Origin: an uncultured Legionella sp.
Lineage (GTDB): Bacteria > Pseudomonadota > Gammaproteobacteria > Legionellales > Legionellaceae
Direction of reading: 5' to 3'
Length of the DNA stretch: 64,000 nucleotides
NCBI GenBank assembly: GCA_903877115.1
Contig: CAIRCS010000175.1
Location: 5,638-69,637, forward strand
In this document: piece by piece, positions 17,519 to 26,606 of the stretch
How positions within the stretch are numbered: the stretch's first letter is position 1
Layout: each line of letters opens with the position of its first letter
Made by a program: the position numbers and the translations under genes
The notes under the pieces: model-generated
Seen by the model: only the letters and a program-made list of their open reading frames with translations
What the model was told of the DNA's origin: nothing
The model's database searches: none

Positions 17519-20350
17519 TTATTGGCATGCTTCGCAATCTGGATCCAGAATAGAACACGACTTAGGCTCTATAGGTGCCTCAGATTTCACGGCATTCAAA
17601 GCCCCATCTGTGATCGTGGATTTTTCTGCGTTGGATGCGCCAGTACTCCGTAAATAGTAAGTGGTTTTTAAGCCTCGTAACCAAGCTTGACGATACAATT
17701 CATCAAGTTTCTTTCCGGAAGGCTTCGCCATATAGATATTTAAAGATTGTGCTTGGTCAATCCATTTTTGGCGACGCGAACCTGATTCAACTAACCACAT
17801 AGGGTCTATTTCAAACGCAGTGGCATACCGGCGTTTGAGATCTTCCGGAATACGACTGATGGGTTGGACACTGCCATCGAAATATTTGAGATCATTGACC
17901 ATGACCTCATCCCAAAGCTTCAGGGCTTTCAGATCATCAACCAAATAAGGATTGATCACGGTAAATTCCCCAGATAAATTCGATTTGACATACAAATTTT
18001 GATAAGTAGGTTCAATCGATTGTGAGACACCACAAATATTAGAAATCGTTGCAGTGGGCGCAATCGCCATCACATTGGAATTACGCATACCTTGCGTACG
18101 TACGGCAACGCGTAACGCTTCCCAATCTAATTTTTGACTGCGGTCTTGCTCAAGGTACTTGCCGCGTGCTTGTTGTAGAATATTAATGGAATCAATGGGT
18201 AGAATCCCTTTGCTCCATAAAGAGTTTTCATAACTGGGATACAAACCACGCTCTTTGGCCAAAGCTGAAGAAGCTTCGATGGCATAATAAGAGATCACCT
18301 CCATGGATGTATCGGCAAATTCTACTGCCTCCGGAGATGCATAATCCAATTTTAAAGCATACAGTGCATCCTGAAAGCCCATTAAACCCATGCCGACTGG
18401 TCGATGTTTGAGGTTGGAGTTGCGTGCTTGTGGCACGGAGTAATAATTGATGTCGATGACATTATCCAACATACGTACAGCAGTCGTGATGGTGCGACGT
18501 AGTTTTTTGGTGTCTAATTTACCTGCTACAATATGAGCTGGCAAATTCACGGACCCCAAATTACAGACGGCGATTTCATCAGCTGACGTATTGAGCGTGA
18601 TTTCAGTACATAGATTTGAGCTATGAATCACTCCAGCGTGCTGTTGTGGTGAACGTAGATTGCACGCGTCTTTGAAGGTTAACCAAGGATGTCCAGTTTC
18701 AAATAACATAGACAGCATTTTGCGCCAGAGCTTGGTAGCCGAAAGGGTTTTATAGTGTTTGATTTTTCCTGTACGTACGGCCTCTTCATGAGCTAAATAA
18801 GCCGACTCAAATGGTTTTCCGTAACATTCATGAAGATCGGTCACGTCATTAGGCGAAAACAAAGTCCAATCGCCGTCTGAAAATACGCGTTTCATAAATA
18901 AATCTGGGATCCACAGCGCTGTATTCATGTCATGGGTACGGCGGCGATCATCGCCTGTGTTTTTTCGTAATTCTAGGAATTCTTCTACATCCATATGCCA
19001 GCATTCTAAATAAGCACATACCGCACCTTTGCGTTTGCCACCCTGATTGACGGCAACTGCAGTTGCATCGGCCACATTGAGGAAGGGCACAACACCTTGT
19101 GATTTGCCATTGGTCCCTTTGATGTGCGAACCCATAGCGCGGACAGGTGTCCAGTCATTGCCTAAGCCTCCTGCAAATTTGGACAATAAAGCATTGTCTT
19201 TTAAAGCAGAGTAAATACCATCTAAATGATCAGGCACGGTGGTGAGGTAACAACTGGATAATTGTGGGCGAACAGTTCCGGAATTAAATAACGTTGGGGT
19301 GGAAGCCATATAATCGAAGGAGGATAATAATGTGTAAAACTCAATGGCTCTGGCATTTTTATCTTGTTCACGGGTTGCTAATCCCATAGCGACCCGCATG
19401 AAAAATGCTTGTGGTAATTCATAACGCACGCCGTTTTGATGAATAAAATAACGATCATATAAGGTCTGTAAACTCAAATAAGTAAATTGCATATCCCGTA
19501 ATGGCAATAAAGCTTGGCCTAATTTATCGAGATCGAACTCAGCTAATTTGGGATCGAGAATACCTTGCTCAATGCCATTGGCGATATACGTTTTGAAATA
19601 AGCGGGATACAGTTGCGTCATTTCATCAAAAGTCGCTTCAGTTTGGATCGATAAATGAGTCAATGCTTCGGTACGCATACTATCTAGCAATAAGCGGGCA
19701 CTCACATAGGTATAATTAGGTTCTGTTTCTATAAGAGTACGTGCTGCCATAATCAACACTTTATGCACATCCGCCAAACTGGCTTGTTGATATAAATTGC
19801 GCAATGCATTTTTGATGATAGGGTCTGCTTTGACTTGCTCCAAATCACGACACGCTTCGTTGACGATAATATCTAGTCTCGCTAGATCCAATGGTTGAAC
19901 GGTACCATCTGGCATGGTCACGTATTTGATGGAAGAATCTTTATCCAATTTTTGATTGGCAGAGTCACGAGCTTTACGGCGTTCTTCGCGATATAAAACA
20001 TAAGTACGGGCCACTTTATTGTGACCACTGCGCATCAAGGCTAATTCTACTTGATCCTGAATGTCCTCAATATGCATGCTACCACCAGAAGGCATGCGTC
20101 GTCTGAATGCGTTGGTAACCTGCTGAGTCAATGCAGTGATTTGTTCGCGAATGCGATTCGATGCAACAGCATTAGGGCCTTCGATAGCGATAAAAGCTTT
20201 GGTGATCGCGACTGAGATTTTATTATCATCATAAGAAACAACTTTTCCATTGCGCTTAATGGTTTTTAGCGTACCTGGCGCATTGGCATTAAGTTCATAT
20301 TGGTTAACAGGTACGGCCGTAATCGGCGCAGGTTCTAAAATGGTTGACAT
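17519..20350 (-). CDS. nrdA: Ribonucleotide-diphosphate reductase alpha subunit (class Ia)
   Basis: The protein has an N-terminal ATP-cone (VIKRNGKVVSYDDNKI), catalytic motifs (NLCTEI, PTATIS) and a C-terminal CxxC tail (CEAC). I prefer the ATG at 20350 (MSTILE...), which is preceded by GGAGAAACC, over the upstream GTG at 20377. Confidence 0.95.
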   Translation of the reverse strand: MSTILEPAPITAVPVNQYELNANAPGTLKTIKRNGKVVSYDDNKISVAITKAFIAIEGPNAVASNRIREQITALTQQVTNAFRRRMPSGGSMHIEDIQDQVELALMRSGHNKVARTYVLYREERRKARDSANQKLDKDSSIKYVTMPDGTVQPLDLARLDIIVNEACRDLEQVKADPIIKNALRNLYQQASLADVHKVLIMAARTLIETEPNYTYVSARLLLDSMRTEALTHLSIQTEATFDEMTQLYPAYFKTYIANGIEQGILDPKLAEFDLDKLGQALLPLRDMQFTYLSLQTLYDRYFIHQNGVRYELPQAFFMRVAMGLATREQDKNARAIEFYTLLSSFDYMASTPTLFNSGTVRPQLSSCYLTTVPDHLDGIYSALKDNALLSKFAGGLGNDWTPVRAMGSHIKGTNGKSQGVVPFLNVADATAVAVNQGGKRKGAVCAYLECWHMDVEEFLELRKNTGDDRRRTHDMNTALWIPDLFMKRVFSDGDWTLFSPNDVTDLHECYGKPFESAYLAHEEAVRTGKIKHYKTLSATKLWRKMLSMLFETGHPWLTFKDACNLRSPQQHAGVIHSSNLCTEITLNTSADEIAVCNLGSVNLPAHIVAGKLDTKKLRRTITTAVRMLDNVIDINYYSVPQARNSNLKHRPVGMGLMGFQDALYALKLDYASPEAVEFADTSMEVISYYAIEASSALAKERGLYPSYENSLWSKGILPIDSINILQQARGKYLEQDRSQKLDWEALRVAVRTQGMRNSNVMAIAPTATISNICGVSQSIEPTYQNLYVKSNLSGEFTVINPYLVDDLKALKLWDEVMVNDLKYFDGSVQPISRIPEDLKRRYATAFEIDPMWLVESGSRRQKWIDQAQSLNIYMAKPSGKKLDELYRQAWLRGLKTTYYLRSTGASNAEKSTITDGALNAVKSEAPIEPKSCSILDPDCEACQ

Positions 20351-20380
20351 GGTTTCTCCAAAAAGGTATGTAAGCACTAA

Positions 20381-20427
20381 ACACTACATATAGATAAATA
20401 ATCGCTATTAAACACAATATAGTGTGT
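20381..20427 (-). promoter_or_regulatory. Two NrdR-box-like operators upstream of nrdAB
   Basis: Box 2, acacaatatagtgtgt (20412-20427), matches 15 of 16 positions of the published NrdR-box consensus acaCwAtATaTwGtgt. Box 1, acactacatatagata (20381-20396), matches 12 of 16. The start-to-start spacing of 31 bp is typical for tandem NrdR boxes. Confidence 0.6.
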
Positions 20428-20576
20428 TTTTTAGGAGATAGCAAGAGGATAACTAGGGGGATATCTTGTGGATAAGTTGTGAAATACTTGGGTAGCCATT
20501 GAGACATACTTGCTTGATTTTCACTTATTCGCTATTGTTCTATAGAAGGGCATTTAATTTGAAAATGGATTTTCAT

Positions 20577-21752
20577 ATGAAGATAAATACATTATGTATT
20601 TTTGGCACCTGTCCTGAAGCCATAAAAATGGTGCCCGTTATCAAATGCTTAAACCTGGATCCGCGGTTTTATAATCAAGTTGGGGTGCTAGAGCAGCAGT
20701 TAGATAAGATGCAGTCAGTATTAGATCTCTATGATATCAGACCCGATCATCGTTGGAATATGATGATGGTCAATCAAGATGTTTCGCGTCTTACTGCTAG
20801 AATATTATTGATACTAAGCGATTATTTTGAGAAAAATCGACCTGATTATGTGTTGGTAGTTGGCGATACTGTTACAGCATTGGCTGCAGCGCTAGCCGCT
20901 TATTATTTTCATATCCCAATTGGGCATATCGAGGCTGGTTTGCGTTCTGGCGATCATTATTTGCCTCGCTCACAGGAGGCGAATAGGAAATTAGTGGGGC
21001 ATTTGGCAAATGTGCATTTTGCCTCTACGTTTTCGGCGCGGCATAATTTGTTGCGCGAAGGGATTGCGAGTGACGTTATTTATGTGACAGGCAGTACTGT
21101 TATGGATGCGCTCTTTGATACTTTAACCCATATTCGGTTGCATTCAGATCTTCAAGTACAATTACGTGAACAATTTTCCTATCTTAGCCCATTACGCAAA
21201 ATGATATTGGTCACAGGACCTAAGTGCGCAAATGGGGAGCAGAGATTGCGAAATATTTGTGAAGCATTACGTGCAATTGCGCAGAAATTTCCAGAAATAG
21301 ATATTGTTTACCCTGTGGATCCCAGTGCGCAACCCGCGGTTCATGCCTATTTGGCTGAGATCAAGACTGTTTTTTTAATTGATCCTACTGATTATTTAGC
21401 CTTTGTTTATTTGATGCAGACTTGTTATTTGGTGATTACGGATTCTGGTGGAATTCAAGAGGAGGCGCCTTCTTTGGGTAAACCCGTATTGCTGATGCGT
21501 GAGAAAACCGAACGGCCCGAAGCGTTGGAAGCGGGTACAGTGATATTAGTCGGCAATGAGGTAGATAAAATCGTGTTTGAAACCACGCGTTTACTTAAAA
21601 ACCCCAGTCATTATCAGCAAATGAGTCAAGCAGTTAGTCCTTATGGGGATGGCAAAGCAGGTTCGCGTATTGTTGAAACACTGGCGAAGCATGTGATGAA
21701 GCATGCTGCTGCCAAACTGGGTTATATAGCGGGGTTGATTCCAGAGCTGTAA
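20577..21752 (+). CDS. UDP-N-acetylglucosamine 2-epimerase family protein (divergent WecB-like)
   Basis: The fold-level motifs are conserved: VVGDTVTALAAALAA, HIEAGLRSGD and SGGIQEEAPSLGKPVLLMREKTERPEA. Several normally invariant residues appear replaced (see findings). I prefer the ATG at 20577 (MKINTLCIFG). Confidence 0.8.
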   Translation: MKINTLCIFGTCPEAIKMVPVIKCLNLDPRFYNQVGVLEQQLDKMQSVLDLYDIRPDHRWNMMMVNQDVSRLTARILLILSDYFEKNRPDYVLVVGDTVTALAAALAAYYFHIPIGHIEAGLRSGDHYLPRSQEANRKLVGHLANVHFASTFSARHNLLREGIASDVIYVTGSTVMDALFDTLTHIRLHSDLQVQLREQFSYLSPLRKMILVTGPKCANGEQRLRNICEALRAIAQKFPEIDIVYPVDPSAQPAVHAYLAEIKTVFLIDPTDYLAFVYLMQTCYLVITDSGGIQEEAPSLGKPVLLMREKTERPEALEAGTVILVGNEVDKIVFETTRLLKNPSHYQQMSQAVSPYGDGKAGSRIVETLAKHVMKHAAAKLGYIAGLIPEL

Positions 21753-21798
21753 ATTTTTGAGCTGCTTCTATTCACAAACATGTCTTGCATGATAGGCT

Positions 21799-21832
21799 CC
21801 GTTCGGGCTGCATGACTCCTCGGCCCGAACGG
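21799..21832. terminator. Hairpin between convergent genes (possible bidirectional terminator)
   Basis: The arms ccgttcgggc (21799-21808) and gcccgaacgg (21823-21832) form a perfect 10-bp GC-rich stem. The loop is 14 nt. There is no strong U-tract. Confidence 0.5.
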
Positions 21833-21851
21833 GGCTTGAAAAATGATGATT

Positions 21852-22127
21852 TTATTGTTGTTGCATTTTTTGTGCTATCATCTGTGCGCATTGTTGCTTT
21901 TCTTCATCTGTAGCATCGTATGATACGGTTTTTTTGTTTTCGACCACGGGTTTTACACAGTCTAATATCAAACGGTGGGGGGGTTGCGCTCCTTTAGAAT
22001 ACCCTTCCTGCATACAAGCTTTTGCAATGCCTTGACAAGGATTACCGAAAGCAACAACCTCAGAATTTAGCATGATGATGCCCAATGATGCGATAATGAG
22101 ACTGGATTTGATGGTTAATTTGTCCAT
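21852..22127 (-). CDS. Small secreted Cys-containing hypothetical protein
   Basis: The 91-aa ORF has a signal-peptide-like N-terminus (MDKLTIKSSLIIASLGIIMLNSEVVAFG) and four Cys residues in the mature part. Confidence 0.5.
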   Translation of the reverse strand: MDKLTIKSSLIIASLGIIMLNSEVVAFGNPCQGIAKACMQEGYSKGAQPPHRLILDCVKPVVENKKTVSYDATDEEKQQCAQMIAQKMQQQ

Positions 22128-22246
22128 GTACTGCTCCTTAAAAAGTGTTTACTGTTTAAGTATAGGTCATATTGAGTTAATTTCAATCATTATTCTGGTG
22201 TGTGTATCCGAGCATAACCTGATAAAAAACACAGCTTGCTAGGTGC

Positions 22247-22328
22247 GTCATCCTGAACGTAGCGAAGGATCTCTAGAATTATGTGCAAACTTAGTGAATT
22301 AGAGATCCTTCGCTACGCTCAGGATGGC
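22247..22328. repeat. Family-A MITE-like palindromic element (full copy)
   Basis: The left arm is gtcatcctgaacgtagcgaaggatctctagaatt and the right arm is aattagagatccttcgctacgctcaggatgg. Other copies are at 24994-25073 and 51351-51431. Partial copies are at 59811-59855 and 45859-45885. Confidence 0.75.
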
Positions 22329-22420
22329 TGCCATTAAGTTAAGAGTTTCACCTTTCACCTTTCGCCTAGGTCCTGCGGACAAGCCGCGGGACGTAGGCTG
22401 AGGTCTTAACTTAATGGCAG
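22328..22420. repeat. Second MITE-like element abutting the first, with 17-bp perfect terminal inverted repeats
   Basis: The termini ctgccattaagttaaga (22328-22344) and tcttaacttaatggcag (22404-22420) are perfect reverse complements. The interior contains a tandem caccttt repeat (two copies) and the family-B motif tcctgcggacaagccgcgggacgtagg. Confidence 0.7.
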
Positions 22421-22553
22421 TGACGCTCCGGATGGCGTGAGACACAAAAACATAAATTGTTATTTATTGAACAATTTGTTATAATCAGGGACGTTAAGTA
22501 AGTCCTGATAATTTTAATTTGGCCACTTTGGCCTACCATAGAGATCACCTTAT

Positions 22554-23789
22554 ATGAATTTTGAACAACTCGGTTTAGCCGAGCCTTTATTGCAAGCTAT
22601 TCGTAAGCAGGGATATGAATCCCCGTCTCCTATTCAACAGCAAGCTATTCCCGTGATATTAAAAGGTCACGATGTTTTGGCATCCGCGCAAACAGGTACT
22701 GGAAAAACTGGCGCCTTTGCGTTGCCATTAATTCAGCGGCTGATGCAAAAGCCTAAAGCGAAGGGTAATCATACACTAGCGCTTATTCTGACACCGACGC
22801 GCGAGTTGGCAGCGCAAGTTCACGCTTCGATTGTGGAATACAGTGAGTTCCTGCCTTTGCGTTCAGCGGTGGTTTATGGCGGGGTCAAAATCAATCCTCA
22901 AATGATGATTTTACGTGGCGGGGTTGAAATATTAGTGGCTACGCCGGGTAGATTATTAGATCTTTATCAGCAAAATGCCATTCGGTTTGAGCAGATTGAA
23001 ACGTTGATTTTGGACGAAGCGGATCGGATGTTGGATATGGGTTTTATCCACGATATCAAACGCATTATTGGACATTTACCGCGTGTCCGCCAAAATTTAT
23101 TATTTTCTGCGACTTTTTCAGATTCGATTCGCCAATTAACCAAAGGGTTACTCAAAGATCCTGTAGAAGTTGCAGTCGGTGTCCGGAATACTGCCGCAGC
23201 TCAGGTCACACAAATTGTCCATCCTGTGGATAAAGCACGAAAAACCGATTTGCTGTGTCATTTGCTCCAAGAAAAAAATTGGCAACAAACTTTGGTGTTT
23301 TCGCGGACCAAACATGGTGCTAATAAGTTGGTCAAAGGCTTGGCCGCAGCTAATATTTGCGCTTTGGCGATTCATGGCAATAAAAGTCAACCTCAACGCT
23401 TGAAAGCGTTGCATGATTTTAAATCGGGTAAAGTTTCTGTGTTAGTGGCCACTGATATTGCAGCCAGAGGCATTGATATTGAGCAATTACCATTGGTGAT
23501 TAATTTTGATTTGCCGCAAGTTCCTGAAGACTATGTCCATCGAATTGGTCGGACAGGGCGCGCAGGACATGAGGGTTTGGCGATTTCATTAGTGTCTGCA
23601 GATGAGTCTATGCAATTACACAATATTGAAAAGGTTCTAAAGCATCGACTTAACCGAGTCGAAATCGATGATTTTGAACCCAATCATACGGTACCCGTAT
23701 CGCATTCACCGAGCCCTGCTATCAAAAAGCCAGGAATGCAGCAGCAGAATAAATGGCAGAAAAGAAAGAGTATCGATCGGAATAAATAA
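22554..23789 (+). CDS. rhlE: ATP-dependent DEAD-box RNA helicase (RhlE-like)
   Basis: The ORF has a Q-motif region ([10 protein letters not shown]), [18 protein letters not shown] ([12 protein letters not shown]), SAT and [10 protein letters not shown]. Confidence 0.92.
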   Translation: MNFEQLGLAEPLLQAIRKQGYESPSPIQQQAIPVILKGHDVLASAQTGTGKTGAFALPLIQRLMQKPKAKGNHTLALILTPTRELAAQVHASIVEYSEFLPLRSAVVYGGVKINPQMMILRGGVEILVATPGRLLDLYQQNAIRFEQIETLILDEADRMLDMGFIHDIKRIIGHLPRVRQNLLFSATFSDSIRQLTKGLLKDPVEVAVGVRNTAAAQVTQIVHPVDKARKTDLLCHLLQEKNWQQTLVFSRTKHGANKLVKGLAAANICALAIHGNKSQPQRLKALHDFKSGKVSVLVATDIAARGIDIEQLPLVINFDLPQVPEDYVHRIGRTGRAGHEGLAISLVSADESMQLHNIEKVLKHRLNRVEIDDFEPNHTVPVSHSPSPAIKKPGMQQQNKWQKRKSIDRNK

Positions 23790-23817
23790 GTTTAACGCGA
23801 TGCTCTATTTTTAATAT

Positions 23818-23848
23818 CCCTACGTCCCGCGGCATGTCCGCGGGACCC
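23818..23848. repeat. Family-B hairpin between convergent genes (possible terminator role)
   Basis: The sequence is ccctac-gtcccgcgg-catgt-ccgcgggac-cc. It forms a perfect 9-bp GC-rich stem and is the reverse-orientation copy of the motif at 12-37 and 22370-22398. Confidence 0.55.
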
Positions 23849-23860
23849 AGTCATTTTGCT

Positions 23861-24946
23861 CTATAGCACCAATGTTGCAGTTGTAGAGCTAGTATTTTCC
23901 AGATGTTCATGTTCAGAAAATAATCTTATTTTTTTTGCATCACCGGGTGAACCAGCGAGTATTGCATTATGAGATGCAGTTATTTGAGGTGAGGTAGGAT
24001 GGCCTTGTAACATGCTTGATGGGAGTAAATTAGTCATATCACGCTTGTTCTGATTCAACGCATCATTGCTTCTTTTTTCAGATGTCATCGAGGTCGTTCG
24101 GAATAGACCAAAATCTGTGAGTCGATGATACGAACTAATCATTTGTGCACTGTCATTGAATGGCTGCAAAGATCTGCGGTTTTTAGTCTTAATACTAGTG
24201 GATGGTCTGAACATAACGTTATCGTTAGATAATGAATGGCCTGCATTTGATTTAAGATTTTTGTGGTCAAAATAATCTTTAAATGAATCAAACACACTTT
24301 GTACGCCAGCAGCTGTGCGAATTTTTGCAAAAGGATAATGCTGTATTAGTGGCGTCAAATCAACGGGCAAAGCATTACGTAACGCTTCTTTGGGTAAAGT
24401 AATATGCGATATTGGATCAGGAATAAAGCTAGATTGCCGTGCATATCTGACAACTTTTATTTCTGGCGCGATCCTTAAATAAAACCTAGGATCTGCTTCT
24501 AAAGCAAATAATATTTGAGTGAAAAAAACCATGGTTTTAAATTCTGGAAGATAATGTCCACTTTTATTCGTGATTTCAATGATGGTTTCATAATCCTCTG
24601 AAAAAACTAAATTTCCTGCTGTAAGGACCACATCTTCATTTACCATTTGGCTATGAACGGGCGTACTTCCGCTTTCTTCTCCCTCAAGGGCAAACCAAGG
24701 GTTGCCCATTTTATCAACCACGAACCGTATAGAAAGTCGTTCCAACCGATCATTCTCTGGATCAAACGTATCGCGCGGTTGTTTTTTTAGCTCTTTAATG
24801 AGCTCATCAAGGGCCATCCATGAATAAATGTATTGTTTAAAAGAATAAATTTTCGATATGCTTGGATCAATTTTTATCGGAGAAATCTGCCCACGTTCTA
24901 GGGCTGCGGCATGAAAGTCGACACTCATTTCAGATGAATTAATCAT
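23861..24946 (-). CDS. Hypothetical protein (orphan, effector-like)
   Basis: This is a 361-aa ORF. The N-terminal ~200 aa look globular. The C-terminal third is Ser/Asn/Thr-rich and low in complexity. I recognised no motif with confidence. Confidence 0.55.
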   Translation of the reverse strand: MINSSEMSVDFHAAALERGQISPIKIDPSISKIYSFKQYIYSWMALDELIKELKKQPRDTFDPENDRLERLSIRFVVDKMGNPWFALEGEESGSTPVHSQMVNEDVVLTAGNLVFSEDYETIIEITNKSGHYLPEFKTMVFFTQILFALEADPRFYLRIAPEIKVVRYARQSSFIPDPISHITLPKEALRNALPVDLTPLIQHYPFAKIRTAAGVQSVFDSFKDYFDHKNLKSNAGHSLSNDNVMFRPSTSIKTKNRRSLQPFNDSAQMISSYHRLTDFGLFRTTSMTSEKRSNDALNQNKRDMTNLLPSSMLQGHPTSPQITASHNAILAGSPGDAKKIRLFSEHEHLENTSSTTATLVL

Positions 24947-24993
24947 AAATATTACCTTGTTATTAATATAAAGTTTTTGGTTACCCCAGGTAT

Positions 24994-25073
24994 GTCATCC
25001 TGAACGCAGTGACGGATCTCTGAAATAAGCACAGTGCCATCTTCAAGAGATCCGTCACTGCGTTTAGGATGAC
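24994..25073. repeat. Family-A MITE-like palindromic element (variant copy)
   Basis: The left arm is gtcatcctgaacgcagtgacggatctctgaaat and the right arm is caagagatccgtcactgcgtttaggatgac. Confidence 0.7.
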
Positions 25074-25490
25074 GTGTCTGGGAGTTACTAGTTATGTTGC
25101 TTAATCCGATTCTATAAATGCGAATCTCCGAATAAATCGGCATCCTTGACTACTCAATGAACATGAATAGGTTCGCTTGTAACTATTCAATGGGCACCCA
25201 AATCCGATATTTAACCTACCGTCTAAGATTATGGTGAATAGATACATTCGTTTGATAAAGCTTTGGCAATTGTACTTCAAAAGAGCTGAAAATAAAAACA
25301 TTAATCACCATGTTTTTAATATTGTTTCTATATAAAAAAAACGGGCACACAGTGTGGGGTGTGACACTTAAGCAGTATTGTTTTGTGCAAGAGTTTTTTT
25401 TGAAGCATGGGTTTTTCTGAGCAAATATGAGATAATTTTTTCACAAGTTTATGACGTCAATATTTCATTTTTCACCTTCAGGTGTACCCA

Positions 25491-26576
25491 ATGCCGATTA
25501 CCGTATTAGACCAGCTTCCTTTTTTGTTGCTCAAAAGTTTTACTGTCACGCTCATATTATTGTTTTTATTCCGACCTCTGAGCTTTAAATTGGGTTTGGT
25601 GGATAATCCGGGCGGGCGTAAAAAGCACAGCAATTCAGTGCCCTTGGTCGGTGGCTTAGCCATTTTTCTTGGGTTTAGCATCATCTTATTACCCACTATG
25701 ATCTATAACAAAGCCTATTGTATATTTTGGTTGGCGGGCGTAGTTTTAAGTATTATTTCTGGCATAGATGATCGCTTTCATCTCCGCGCTAGTTCTCGAT
25801 TTATTATGCATTTGGTCGTCATTACCATGATAGCTTTTTTTGGTGAGACGGCGATTGTTCAGCTTGGAAATTTATTGGGTACAGGCGTAATTTTTTTAGG
25901 GTGGGGTAGTTTGTTTTTTACTAGTTTTGCGGTGGTTGGCATTATCAATGCTGTGAATATGATGGATGGTTCGGATGGATTGACTGCTTGTGTGAGTTTG
26001 GTGGAACTAGGTCTGATGTTGTTTTTAGCACTGCAAAGTCATTTAACAATGGAAGTTATGATTATTGTGACCTTTATGGGGACATTGTTGGCGTTTTTGT
26101 TATTCAATTTTCCGGCAAAAATCATTGAAAAATATAAGGTTTTTTTAGGTGATGCGGGCAGCACCTTGATTGGATTGCTGTTGGCCTGGTTGTGTGTGCG
26201 GTTGACGCAGAGACCGGATGGTTACCCACCTGCTTTGATGTTATGGTTAGTGGCTTTGCCCTTGATGGACACATTGCATTTGATGATTAATCGCAAAGTG
26301 CGCGGTGTTCCAGCATTTCAAGCGGATAGACGCCATATTCATCATATATGTTTGCAAATGAATTGTTCTCCTAAACAAATAGTCTTTTTGTTGAGTGGTA
26401 GTGCTTTGTTGATTGGTTTGTCTGGGATTGGCTTATATCAAGCTGGTGTTCCAGAATTAATGCTTTTTTATGGCATGGCCATGGTGTTTTGTGTCTATTC
26501 AGCAATCGCTTATTTACTTAAAAAGCGCGTATTGCAGCGTAAAATAGTGATTCGTCGTCCTATTAAGCTGGTTTAA
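25491..26576 (+). CDS. wecA: Undecaprenyl-phosphate GlcNAc-1-phosphate transferase family (WecA/MraY-like, GT4)
   Basis: The protein is polytopic and membrane-embedded. It has the motifs DNPGGRKKH, GIDDRFHL, INAVNMMDGSDGL and FLGDAGSTLIG. I prefer the ATG at 25491 over the GTG at 25482. Confidence 0.85.
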   Translation: MPITVLDQLPFLLLKSFTVTLILLFLFRPLSFKLGLVDNPGGRKKHSNSVPLVGGLAIFLGFSIILLPTMIYNKAYCIFWLAGVVLSIISGIDDRFHLRASSRFIMHLVVITMIAFFGETAIVQLGNLLGTGVIFLGWGSLFFTSFAVVGIINAVNMMDGSDGLTACVSLVELGLMLFLALQSHLTMEVMIIVTFMGTLLAFLLFNFPAKIIEKYKVFLGDAGSTLIGLLLAWLCVRLTQRPDGYPPALMLWLVALPLMDTLHLMINRKVRGVPAFQADRRHIHHICLQMNCSPKQIVFLLSGSALLIGLSGIGLYQAGVPELMLFYGMAMVFCVYSAIAYLLKKRVLQRKIVIRRPIKLV

Positions 26577-26606
26577 AAGCGTAAGTCCTGACCGTTCTGG
26601 ATTACA

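Noticed and set aside
17426-17653. A 75-aa plus-strand ORF (MSFPRRWES...DSRLRGNNK...)
   Set aside because: Its first half is a translation of the family-C palindromic repeat in the nrdA-nrdB spacer. The rest is antisense to the nrdA 3' end. It is not a gene.
22128-22553. Possible CRISPR array or ncRNA gene in the 425-nt repeat-rich spacer
   Set aside because: The repeats are inverted and palindromic and belong to dispersed families. They are not regularly spaced direct repeats with unique spacers. There are no cas genes in the window, and I recognised no tmRNA, RNase P, SRP or 6S signature.
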